DNA of 63,817 nt, filler included, from Rhabdomonas costata (Eukaryota): NCBI GenBank assembly GCA_019059605.1. It is 25 parts of 25 records of this genome, joined end to end, with 100 filler letters (N's around TTAATTAATTAA, not from the genome) between each part and the next. Parts side by side here need not be neighbours in the genome. Positions count along the whole stretch, not along the records: positions 1 to 2,459 come from JAHMHO010003310.1; positions 2,560 to 5,016 come from JAHMHO010003311.1; positions 5,117 to 7,576 come from JAHMHO010003312.1; positions 7,677 to 10,135 come from JAHMHO010003313.1; positions 10,236 to 12,693 come from JAHMHO010003314.1; 20 more parts are not named here. One strand, 5' to 3'. The notes under the pieces were generated by a model. The model had not been told where the DNA came from. It made no database searches and saw nothing but the letters and a program-made list of their open reading frames with translations. Of the stretch, positions 1-11,200 are shown piece by piece. The translations under genes and the position numbers were made by a program. Position 1 is the stretch's first letter; each line of letters starts with the position of its first letter.

Positions 1-255
1 GTGTTGTGGGTGTAGGGTGAAGATCAGGTTTTAGGTTCCGCAACATGTCAGGCGCAGGGGTGGATTTTTTTGACTTGGGATAGAGACAACTTTTCAGCTG
101 GAGGAGTCCGAATGACACTTGCAGAGTTGACTCAACGGAAGCCGCGGTTGGTCTCCCCCGGCTTATCCACTAATCATTCGAAGGGGACAGAGACCAGTCA
201 CAAGAGCAGGTGGTGGTGGGCTTGTTAGCTTAGGGGTCCTTTCTGTGGCGCGCAG

Positions 256-1970
256 GTGCACAGCGCGTGGACGCCTTTGTGGAGCATGTGCACACTCTGA
301 GGGCTGCGGTGAAGCTCAAGGTGGAGGATGCCAACGATCTGAAGACTGCCCGTGCCTGCCTCAAGGGTATCGCTCTCCTTCACCTCCGTTCGTAAAGAAC
401 GTGTGAAAACGCCATAACATAGAAGTCAGCTTGATAAGGCAGAAACCGATCATTGCCTGGATGAAATGTAAGGCTGCAGTGGCCATCTCTTTTGTTCCAT
501 TAATAACGCTCTGCGCCGGCTTCACGATGCCAGTGAGGGTCTGATGTCTAGGCACTCACTGCCAACGGGGTGTGAGATAGAACTGGAGTGGGTCTGGGGA
601 GAAAAACCTGAAACCATGAAACGAACATGCAGCATGTCAATGCTCATATATTGTGCGTTCATTTTTTTGGCGTAGACGCTCACAGTTTCTTCACGGTTCT
701 CGATGCCTACGCGCAGCGGCGCGAGCTTTCCCTATATGAAGCCTACACGCAAATCGATGCTGGGGGGTAAAAAGGAGGACTTTGACTTCTTTCGCCCTCC
801 CCTTCTCGGTGCGGTGCCCTTGCCACAACGCATCGATGCTTCTCCTCGTGTTGTGGGATTGGTGGGCTTTGCTTATGACCCGTGGGTCTGCCCAGGGGCA
901 AGGGCAAGTGCTTTCGAGGAGCTTGAAAATGGGAGGGGCGTGAGGATGTCATAATAATGCATACCCATGTGCTTTTACCTTCAGCAGCTAAAGCCATCCT
1001 TCTATGGGTTTGTGATTATGGGAGAGATTCCTTTCGCTCTCCGGCGTGTATGTTTCGGGGGTGGATGCTGAATGGGGTGTGGGGTGTAAAGTAGAAAGGT
1101 CGCGTGCCTCTGCGTTTTCTTTTCGCTCCCCTTGCGCGAGAGCTCTGATTCTTTTTCTGTGAAACCCAACTACTGCCTGCGCTTGTCGATAGTACCTCAC
1201 GCGTTGCTTTGGATTTTCTATATTTTTGGCTTTTGATGGAGGGAAGGGAACCTAAAGTTTGGCTTGAGAATTGGTACGTTTCTGATCCATTTTGAACGTT
1301 TTTACTTCTTGCATCTGCACAGGCAATTAATATGGTGGGTGTCTTCCAGCCCCGATGTATTTTAATGTGCACCAATGGTCACGGGTTTTGACACGGGATT
1401 GGGCCGGAATGCTTCTGATAACAGCAACCCTTGAGGCCGTTTAAGGGCCATTTTGGTCTCTTTGAGACCTTCTAATTCTGGCTCACTGGGATTCTTGCAG
1501 CTGTTTTGCGTGCAGCTGTTATGTGAAGATATCTTCGTGGTTTGTTTGGGAGCTTTGCGGTCATTTCCACTGTGAGCTCCTTCTTTGAGATGGCACTCGT
1601 TTCGACCGACACCGTGCTCCCCCACATCGCCAGGGCCTACGCCGTGAGCGAGTGCCGGACTCCCTTGATTTGCTGTCGGGCGAACGGTTGTCCTTATCCC
1701 CGTCCTCCCCTCAGTTACTCGACCGCCCACGTTTTTGCGCGCACATATGTGGGCCGAGTACTCACGTAAGTGCACAGGGCGAGCGATTTCACCGATGTTC
1801 TCCGGGTGCACCTCAGCTGCGACTTCGTGTCCCCGAACCCAAGGGAACAAAGGATGGGGATTAGCTCAACTGTACCGCCGGGAAGCCTCATTTGTCTTTT
1901 TGAACTCATCCAAAGGAGCAAAACCATCGTGTCGACCCATAGCTACATCGTCCCGCACTTCGCTTGTGCA
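256..1970 (+). CDS. Possible multi-exon gene fragment, product unknown
   Basis: GC3-rich exon-like blocks flanked by AG/GT: ~256-351 (AQRVDAFVEHVHTLRAAVKLKVEDANDLKTA), ~1530-1643 (SFFEMALVSTDTVLPHIARAYA|GTGAG), ~1714-1765 (ends AC|GTAAG). No family recognised. Confidence 0.3.
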
Positions 1971-2459
1971 ATGCTGAGCATCAGCCTTAGGTCACCCCTT
2001 CAGTCTCCTGCAGTTCTTTTGTAGGAGATATGGCAGCGTTTTCGTTCCCTTCAGACAATGTCTTTCTTACCAGTCCTACTTACAAGTCCCATTACATTAG
2101 TATGAAGAAGATTAGAACCGTTGACAAGTCTTGTTCTGTTTTTTTCCAATCACGAAGCGAGAGCAAAGGAAGAACACAGTCGCACACAGTTGTGTGGCCA
2201 TTTTCTCTGTTTGTGTGACCACCGCGTGAGCAAACGCGTCGCACTGCCAGTGATTATCCTGTTGACTCTGGATTGGTGCGGAGCCGAAAGTTGTTGATAC
2301 CGCGCATCGGCGCAGATGAGGAAAGCGGTGGGGAAGCGGGTGGGGGAGCGAATGGGAGTCACTCTCTTGATGGCTTGGTGAAAATCTAAAGATTCGGATT
2401 GCAACTTAAGAACTGACTTGAATATTGATGGCGTTGTTGCTTTGCGGTGGTCACACAAA

Positions 2460-2559
2460 NNNNNNNNNNNNNNNNNNNNNNNNNNNNNNNNNNNNNNNNN
2501 NNNTTAATTAATTAANNNNNNNNNNNNNNNNNNNNNNNNNNNNNNNNNNNNNNNNNNNN
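2460..2559. other. Artificial contig-joining spacer (first of 24)
   Basis: N44-TTAATTAATTAA-N44, with stops in all six frames. Identical spacers start at 2460, 5017, 7577, 10136, 12694, 15251, 17810, 20379, 22937, 25495, 28050, 30607, 33165, 35722, 38279, 40836, 43382, 45938, 48494, 51050, 53605, 56156, 58708 and 61264. Confidence 0.99.
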
Positions 2560-4037
2560 GTTGGTTGGGAGGAGCGCGGCCGTGCCCCACTGAGCGAGCA
2601 CCTCAAGCGCACACTTCACCGCACGGTATTCTGCTCGCGTACACCGCCGAGGGACGTTGAACAGGGCCAGCACGCGGTCCCCAAGCACCTTGTCCACCAG
2701 CCCGCGGTGCGCGGTGACCTGCTCGTGGACCACCTCGATGTAGCGGTGGTACACGCGCTGCAGCTGTGGAAGGGGGCATGCCGAGGGCACCCTAACCGGA
2801 ACCGTAGTCCTAACCGTAAACCCGAACCTATACGATAGGGCAATTGGTAGCGATGCAGAAGGAAACGCTGTTTGTCGCAGCGACAGGACTGAGGGTCGTT
2901 CAACAATTACAATGGGTAAACTGGGTTTTCACCCGCCGCCTTCCATCCTAATTATTCTAATTAACCCAAAGTACACGAAGCGCATGACCACGACGGGAGA
3001 GAATAAGAAGGAAATGGCTTGAGAACGAGAGGTGCTGGAAGTGGAAAGCCACCTTCTCCAGGTCCTCGGCAACCGTGAGCGCTGCAAAACCGGTCAGGTC
3101 GAAGCAGGCCACCGTGCAGAGCCGAGGAGTGGGCGAGAAGGCGATGTCTGGAGGGCCAGCGCTGGCTGTGGAGGGCTGAGCAGGAGCGGCTCCTGTGGAG
3201 GTGTCTAGTAGGATCATCGAACCAGTATGCTGCTGAAGAACCCCCCCACCCCCGCATACGCACAAACACCGGAACGGACAAAAAAGAATCTGCCTTAGGC
3301 ACTAGCAAACACTATGCCAAATTGCGGATAGCCTTTCCTGCATCTATCCATGGCCGGTGATTCGGATGGCAGAAGACTTCTTTTCTTCTACTCAGCGCAT
3401 TACTGTGCTCAAACCCAATGATTTCCTTTTCCGGTTTAGCGCTCCCCTCCCGTCAGTGCAGTTGCGTTATAAACGTCATTGGCGTGACCGTAGCCAAGTT
3501 CGCTTCTTCCCCATTCCGTCCTCATTGACAGGAACTTATTACGTGTTTAAGGCCAGCACCGCGGCGGCTGAGAGCGAGCAGTGGAGTCGGGGTTTGCTGC
3601 CCTATGCACAGCTCCCACAGTCAGTTCGCTAACAAAACGTGAGCACGGCAATCGGTGAGGCTGTTTCTTCAATACTCGTCCACGCGATCCACAACGAGGC
3701 ACACAGGTACACAGAGACCGGGCTTCCACGATTCGCCCCCGCTGTAGCGTCGGGGGTTGATGCAGAGGCGGGGACAGCCCCGTGGGAGGCATCGTCCTCG
3801 GAGCACGTTCGTGCCCTGTGTACAAAGAGCGACTCCGGCATGAACTTCCGGTACTCTGCCAGGCTCCGCGTCAGCGTGTTGAAGGCCTGCGTCAGCGTGT
3901 CGATCTCCTTGTAAACGGAGCGGGGAAAGGGCTGCACCTGCACCACGTCCAGGGCGCACAACAGCTCCACCTCGCGGACCAGGCGGATCAGTGGGGCCGT
4001 GAAAAAGCTCATCAGAATGACGGTCAGCAGGGCGGTG
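2560..4037 (-). CDS. Receptor-type class III adenylate cyclase (partial: TM/HAMP-like linker plus start of catalytic domain)
   Basis: Exons ~4037-3719, ~3232-3053 and 2763-2560 join in frame via GT-AG introns. HAMP-like 'SVYKEIDTLTQAFNTL..SLAEYRKFMPESL'. Catalytic Asp motifs 'CFDLTGF' and 'VDKVLGDRVLALFN', with Lys at the ATP-specifying position. Confidence 0.9.
2790..2830 (+). repeat. Degenerate telomere-like (CCCTAA)n tract inside an intron
   Basis: ccctaa-ccggaa-ccgtag-tcctaa-ccgtaa-acccgaa-ccta, approximately 6-nt periodicity. Confidence 0.55.
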
Positions 4038-5773
4038 CTTAGGGGCAAAACGGGACCGGTATACAGCGAGAATGCTCATTGCTTCAAGTATACCCTCCCC
4101 AAACTCCCTTCATTCATCTTCATTCGCTGGAACACTCAGAAGCCCTCCTCAGTTCGTGTTCCGGTGCATAGTGCCTGTGCTAAGTTGCCTGACGCTCGAG
4201 TTCTGCTGCACATAAGCACACAAATCCAAAAATACACTCAGACGCGATACTGAAAAATGCACTCATTGTAGAAACTCACCTCTACCCACACAATCAGCTC
4301 CCCATCTCACAGCTTTCGATTTCCGGTGATTTCCTTCGCCATACGAGGGGAAGCCCCACAAACGTCAGGGCCCACGACCGATGGAGAGAACAGTGCACAA
4401 TGCTGTGGCAACAGGAACACCAGCCAGACGATACGATGGCCCTGCATTTAATAGCAAAGAATCTCTGGAGGAACCTTACCGCGACACTATCCAACAACCC
4501 GGGCGATATCTCTGACCACCATCTTGCTCATTATGGGACTCATCGTGGTGCTTTTGATTGCCGATCATCGTCACAACTTGCCTGACACTCACAGCGGCGG
4601 TGGATGTTCTGGTTGCAATGAGGTCTGCGATAGTCCCCACGTGTGACAAGCAGTGTACGAGATGTGATTGCACCTCTACTGTTCTTTTTCGAGTGGGATG
4701 GAAATCGCCGCAACTAGGAAATATAAGGGACAACACAACGCAATGACAGCCGCCCGAATGCGCAGGCAAGCACGTACCCGAAAGTGACCAGCACCACCAG
4801 ACCTATGGTCACCGGAAGCCCGTTGTTCACCATGGAATTCCACGACGAAGCATCCGTCCCAACAACCATTACCCATTGCAAACCCTAAAAAGTGCACCAT
4901 CCATGTAGCAAGAAATACGAATCGCAAAAATCCAGTTCCGATGCCGCTAATGAAACACTAGAGAAAACAGAGAGAAAAAAACTTGCGACAGGACGACATT
5001 TAGGCTCCACAAACCCNNNNNNNNNNNNNNNNNNNNNNNNNNNNNNNNNNNNNNNNNNNNTTAATTAATTAANNNNNNNNNNNNNNNNNNNNNNNNNNNN
5101 NNNNNNNNNNNNNNNNGTTTTGCAGAACAGATGGGACTACGAGGATGTTGCCATTCTTGAGGATGGGAAAATGTCGCTGTGGAAACCGAGATTTCACCCA
5201 CTTTTCGGTGCATTGTTTTCGCGACAAGACGCGAAAGAATATCTTAAAAAGGTTGTCGCGACGGAAAAGTTAAATAAAGTTGGTGTACGGTCGGAGGTGG
5301 GTTCGACACCCAGCGGAAGGTTTGCACAGATTCCATACCCTGAAGTCGAAGCTGTTTTTGCACTGCTTCACTCTTTTCACTTCTGGGCAGAACTGTGTAT
5401 TGTTTTCGGAGAATGTCGTGTGCCAGCTGCCCGACTACCGCCGGAGGCTCGTGCGCTGCAAGCTCAGCTGCTTGCTCAAGTGTGTGTATTCGCATGCATC
5501 TCTGCTTCTTCGAGAAACCTCGACGTATCTCTGCTTTGGCACTGGCTTCTGTTTCTTGCTTTCCTTTCCGTCTGTTCAACGCGACTTTTCGGCCACACCG
5601 CTGTAAGAGGACTTTTTGTTGAGAGAAGATTGTTTTGGAGCGGAGTTTGCGTAACCATTGAATATCTTCAGTACCTCCTTTAACCAACCGCTGCGCAGCG
5701 TAGCCACACCGAAATCAGTTGAAGGCACCCCCCGCCCGCGCGCGACAATCCCCACTACACACCTCCTTGGCAG

Positions 5774-7532
5774 ACCAGCGCTCGCTCTCTGGGAAGACTG
5801 TCGGCCTGGAGGTGTTTTTCGACCCCGCGACGTGGACCCTGACCTATGTGGCCTACGACCCCACCACGAAGGACGCCGTGATTATCGACCCAGTGCTGGA
5901 CTTCGACCCCGTGGGGTGGCAGACCAGCACAAAGTCCATTGAGAAGGTTGCCAACCCCCCCTCCCAGTGTACGCTCGAGTTGGGTAGGGAGGTGCAAGAC
6001 TACCCCTCAAAAATGGGGGAAACTGGGTGGTCGAAGCTGCTGGCTTGAGGAGGTGGCTGAGTAGCATCATAGCGGAACAACATGTATAAGCGTTGGGTGG
6101 GCGTAGGGCTGACCTCTGCTTTTTTTACAGTTCTTGTGGAGCGGAGAGAGATGCTTTTGCCCGTGATGCTTTTTTACATTGCCGGACTTTGAAAGCTGGA
6201 CAATGTTTGCTTGTCAGGATGCCTTACATACATTGCTGTCGTGGAGGGGCGGGTGTCCAACGGTTTAACGCTGTTAAGCGGTGCGTTACAATATTGGATG
6301 TTTTGTATTTGGGTACCTTTCCTCGGTTTTTCTGGTGAGCTAGAGGGCCGACTTCGGGGAATTTTCCTGAGAACGGCGATGAACGGTTCCCAGGAGATGC
6401 CACACAAATGGACAGAGTTATTTTAGTGGCGAAGGCCAGCGCCGCGGAGGCGAGCCCGCGGCGCGGCCCAGCCTACCAACATAGTTTTAATGGCTTAAGT
6501 GCGCTATTGTACCCACCGGAGGATAATAGTATTTCTCTTGCAGGGGAGCCATGCACCTGCGGGGGTCCGGGGGGCTCCCTTCCCCCACCCCCCCCGGCAA
6601 CTTACCTAGGGTTAGGGTGCGTTGCTACCTTTTCTACAGATAATGTTTTCTTTGTTTGATTTGGAGGCTTTGTGCAGTGAGGAGGGGAAATGGGACGCTG
6701 TTCGGGATGGACACTTTCCTTTCTGACTTCTCTTTCAAAGGTAGATACAACAGCATACTTATGCCTTTTAGATCTTATTTTTCGTTAAACCGTCGCGCTC
6801 ATTTGAAAGAGGAACCCCCACATAAAAGGAAGCTTCTGGTTTCTGTGGGTAGCGGCTTGATGGCCTACAGTTCTGCAATTCTTTCACTTATCACTGTTCT
6901 GGGGGTGCGACAACACACAAAGGTGGCGGAGTTCATCGCGGCGAAGGAGTTGAAGCCCCTGTACTGCATTGAGACTCACGTCCACGCCGACCACATCACC
7001 GCCTCGCAGTGGCTGAAGAAGAAGTACCCGGGGCTGAAGATCTGCATCGGTGCGGCGATTGCTGTGGTGCAGAAGACCTTCCTGGGGCTGCTGAACATGG
7101 ACCCTGCGAAGATCCCCACGGTAACGCAGCCCTGTAGGCCAGAGGATGCGGAGGGTGAGCCTGACTGAGTATTGGGAGTGTTCCCGCTAACGTGTATGAG
7201 GATGAGATAACGGCAAAAAGCACCATTCGTCAATGCGTCCCGCGGTGACATGGGCCAGTGTGACCGACAGGTGTGCTTTTTCCTCTTTTTTTCCTTTTCT
7301 TGTTTATAGTCCTGAGGTCTACAAGTTAAATCATCCAGTGTAGTTTGGTGCGAAGAAGTTTGGGTTTGCTTGATAGGATGGCTCCCAGTTTGACGTGCTG
7401 CTTTCCGACGGCCAGACTCTGCAGGCCGGCTCGCTGAGCCTGAAGGCCCTGGCCGTGCCCGGGCACACCCCGGCCTGCATGAGCTACCTCCTGGACAACC
7501 TCGTCTTCACGGGGGACCTGCTCTTCATGGAG
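5774..7532 (+). CDS. Persulfide (sulfur) dioxygenase, MBL fold, bacterial Blh/PDO-like (partial)
   Basis: Exons ~5774-5946, 6923-7120 and 7377-7532 splice in frame. Motifs 'FFDPATWTLTYV..IIDPVLDFD', 'IETHVHADHITA', 'DGSQFD', 'PGHTPACMSY' and 'FTGDLLFM'. Confidence 0.9.
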
Positions 7533-9521
7533 GTCTTTTCGCGGCCCACCCCCCAACACCCCAAACACACCAACACNNNNNNNNNNNNNNNNNNNNNNNN
7601 NNNNNNNNNNNNNNNNNNNNTTAATTAATTAANNNNNNNNNNNNNNNNNNNNNNNNNNNNNNNNNNNNNNNNNNNNGGGTGGGGGGGGTGCTGTGACAAT
7701 TTTACCCCTGTTTAACGTTCTTGTCTGCTTTGGTGGAGCATTCTTAGCATTGCCACTGGTGGACTAATGCGGACGAGTGGGACAGCTTTATTAGAGGGGC
7801 TTTTTCGAATCAAGCCTTGTCATTGGTAAGCAGCCTTGCAATCAAATATGTCAGTGGCATTTCGTTCAATTCACTTTGGGTCCGGAGTTGCTTCACTGCG
7901 TTTTAACTGCATGCCGTTGAAAACATGTCGAAGGTAAGTACAACGCGTGTCATCGCAGGCGCTTGCAAGCACTTTCAAGGCCTGAGCATGGGGGTCAACT
8001 GCTCCGTTGTCCCACAAAACCACGGATTATAGCAAACCACTCTCTACTCTCTGTCAAGGAAATGCGGTACCCCAGCACCGCGGCGCGGCCGGATGCAGTG
8101 GGGAGCGGGTGATGCTCCCTGAGCGGACCCCTACCTTCAGCAGTTGCTAAGCGTTTGGCTGTATTCATCACCAAGCGGTCATTGTTTTGACAACGTCAGT
8201 TTACCTCCCCCCCCCCCCCCGAAACAAAGAATAAACATTATCTATCAACAAATGCATTCTCTCTATATCTCCATGTCTCTCTTGCAATAATTGCATTTCG
8301 AGGTATTGACAGAGTAGGAGGGAAATGAGCGGGTAGCGCACTGACTGGTATGCAGTGGCCTCGGTTCTCCACTGCGTGTGCGGTTCCCCACTGGTCTTGG
8401 GAGGCCCTCCGCTTCTAGCTGCTGGCCTCCCCCTTCTGCGACGCTGCCCCACTTGTATATGAAGAACCAGCAACGACAACGTCAATGAACCTCAGGGGCG
8501 GACCAGGGCGAGAGCGGGCTTCGCTCCCGCTAAAGCGATTCTAATGAAAATATCGGGGTTTTTCCCGATAAAACCAAAATTATTTCGATTTTTGTAATGA
8601 AAAAATAACACATGCCTCTTACGCTCCCAAGTAACTGGACGCATTGGGACTGCATCTTCCTCCTCTCCACGCCACCCATCCCGGAATTCGTCTCCGCCCC
8701 CCCATTAACTCCCAAGAAACCACCACTTCGAGAGTTCCGCTCTGTTGTTAATGCGGAGAACATGGCGATAATTTTCTTTTTTTAGGAGGATAAAAAAGCA
8801 AGGACCATACGACCACGTGCGATTACTTCTCTTTTGCTAGGAACACCACACCATTTTGGCCCCTGTTTTCAAACTTTGCTTCCCCTTTTCATTCCGAATT
8901 AGTACGACTGCTGATATGACCAGTACTTTTTCTGTGCTGTAAACGAGGAGACTAACAGTGGTACTGGCTCCGCGTGACATGGTGTTACTTCCGTTGCCTC
9001 CTAACCTTAACCCATCATGGCAGTTTGGGAAAAACGGCTTTTTTCAGAATGTAAATGGTGAATTGAATTTTTGTTAGTGTTCCTGGACCCAAACCTTTTT
9101 TCGGTGGGGGAAGGGGTGGGCGGTCAAAAACATTGTGTCTTGAGAGTTCAATTACATTGGAGAAAAATACTCTAAACGGAACACAAAGACGGCCACACAC
9201 AAACACACGCGGCGATTTTGATGTATTGCACTTTACTACGTTCTTTCCTCAGTATATTCCATAACAGAAACCAAAACACCCCACACCAGAAACAATAATC
9301 GTTCAGTCGATCGGTCTGTGAGCTTGTGTTCAGTGAGTGGGTGCGATGCAATCCTCGTTGACGGAAAATCAAAATGACCCTCCTCCTCCACACCCCCAGC
9401 CAGTCAGAAAAATGATGCCTCATGGTTTCTTGGCGATGCCTGCCTTGGATGCACTTGTAATGCGGAAAAAAGCAAACGCTGTGGGCGCGCGAGTAATTGG
9501 TTTCGCATTTGCATAAAACAC

Positions 9522-10029
9522 CGGTCGCCGTCCCTGCTGAGACAGCCGCGTCTTGGTCAATCAGGTCCTTGAACTCCGTGACCTGCGGGTTGGGTCCGGG
9601 GATGATCGAGGCCCTCACCTCTGCCGAAAGTTCTGCAAACTTCTTCGCCTTCTCGGGTCGGACGTCAGCGTCCTCTTTCAACCAGTCAACATAGCTCTTC
9701 GGATTGGTCCCCGCGACGGCAACAACGTAGGTCTGTTGGGACGCGCTGTAGGCCACGTACATCGCGTTGGTGCTGTACCCTGGGTCCTTGTCCATGTACA
9801 CCGCGGGTCCCCACACGACTTGCCATGGGGAACCCCACAGCATGTCGTTCATCAAAGGGAAGAACCCACCGAACCAGTACCTCGCAGGGTTGATTCCCCC
9901 GTTCAGGTTGACATCCATGTAACTGATAAGGTCGTCCCGCGAGCCAAAGATCTGGGAGGACCCATTGGCCACCTGGTTCATCAGGAAGACGGTCTGGATG
10001 TCACAATACTGCTCTCGCAGCGGAGCGCC
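9522..10029 (-). CDS. Lipase class 3-like protein, N-terminal exon
   Basis: Exon bounded by ctctag| and G|GTGTTT. Contains 'WQVVWGPAV..NAMYVA..YVVAVAGTNPKSYVDWLKEDADV..VSAGTATG', typical of the region preceding GHSLG. The nucleophile exon was not found in this contig. Confidence 0.75.
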
Positions 10030-10719
10030 CTAGAGGGAAGTTCATTCCCTTTTGCACCACCTCTTCACTTATAAAGGAGTCTGACGCTCCTGAGTCCAAC
10101 AGAGCTCTCACTTGGATCGTCCCAATCCACAACAANNNNNNNNNNNNNNNNNNNNNNNNNNNNNNNNNNNNNNNNNNNNTTAATTAATTAANNNNNNNNN
10201 NNNNNNNNNNNNNNNNNNNNNNNNNNNNNNNNNNNGGTTGTGTTGAAAGCAGTTCTTCATCGGTCTCACGGGGAATGGGGCCGTCAGATGACCCCTCAGA
10301 TGCCCTCTTTCCCCTATGTTGTCGTGAACAGGGACAATTGCCGCTGTTCTTCCTGCTTTGCAGTCCTGTGTGGGCTTGCATTACTATGTTGTCGTGAAGG
10401 GCGCCTGGTCATTCGGGAATCATGCTAAATCGAGCTGCAGGAGCAAAAAAAAAAGCAAATTGGTGTTGTGAGAGTGAAAAGGGGGAGGACAGCTGCATTT
10501 GTTTATTTCCGGATGAGGCCTTGCCGTGTAGGTGTTTTTGGTTTCGGTATGCTTCTTTCTGCCGCTGGACCAACATTTGTTTGGATTAGGGCACTGCATC
10601 GCTCCCCCCAGGGGTCCCTTCCTCCTTGCCCTCGACACCCCTTCTCCCCAGCAATCGCGCGGGCTAAATCTCCGCCATGAAGCTACTCTTTCATTCTCCC
10701 GGATCCTAATTCTCTACCG

Positions 10720-11200
10720 TTGTGGGCCTGGTATGGCAGATGTGTACTTTCGGCGTAGTTTCCAGCAGCATTGGGCCCTTGCTGGGCGATGCTGTATCTG
10801 GAGCACAAGTTATGATTTGCAGTCCTGGGTCTATCTGTGTCTCATTTTTTGTTTCTTTTCCAGGTGCCCCTGACCACGCTGTTCTTTGCTTCCTCGCCGC
10901 GGAGCTGCCGGGTGCCCCGCCAAAGAAGTTGTAAATAAATCATTGTCTTTCGCTTCTCAATGGTGCTACCTTTGTAAGGTTTCAGTGTTTCGGTATTCTC
11001 TACTGCGCAATTCAACCTATGTTGTGCCTGCGCGTGCGCATCTCCGAACAAACTCTCTTTTTTCCCTGTCACCTTCTTTTTCTTTCTGCTTTTTTTTATA
11101 ATTTTTGTGCAGCTGTTCCGAGTGGTGGACATACAACTCTGGACGTTGGCACTGTGTTGCCGGTTCTGAGTGCTGCACAATCCCTTGCACAGAGCTGTGG
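10720..11200 (+). CDS. Possible exons of an unknown gene
   Basis: Short exon-like blocks after pyrimidine tract plus CAG acceptors (10864: APDHAVLCFLAAELPGAPPKK; 11113: VPSGGHTTLDVGTVLPVLSAAQSLAQSC). Family not recognised. Confidence 0.25.

Noticed and set aside
1767-1769. In-frame TAA between ORFs 1542-1769 and 1770-2024, suggesting stop-codon reassignment
   Set aside because: The TAA is part of a GTAAG splice donor. TAG and TGA end well-identified genes elsewhere, TAA ends the probable cyclase tail exon, and conserved exons have no internal stops.
2504-2515. TTAATTAATTAA recurring every ~2.55 kb, resembling a regular repeat array
   Set aside because: Always centred in 44+44 Ns. It is a synthetic six-frame-stop linker, and the even spacing reflects contigs of similar length.
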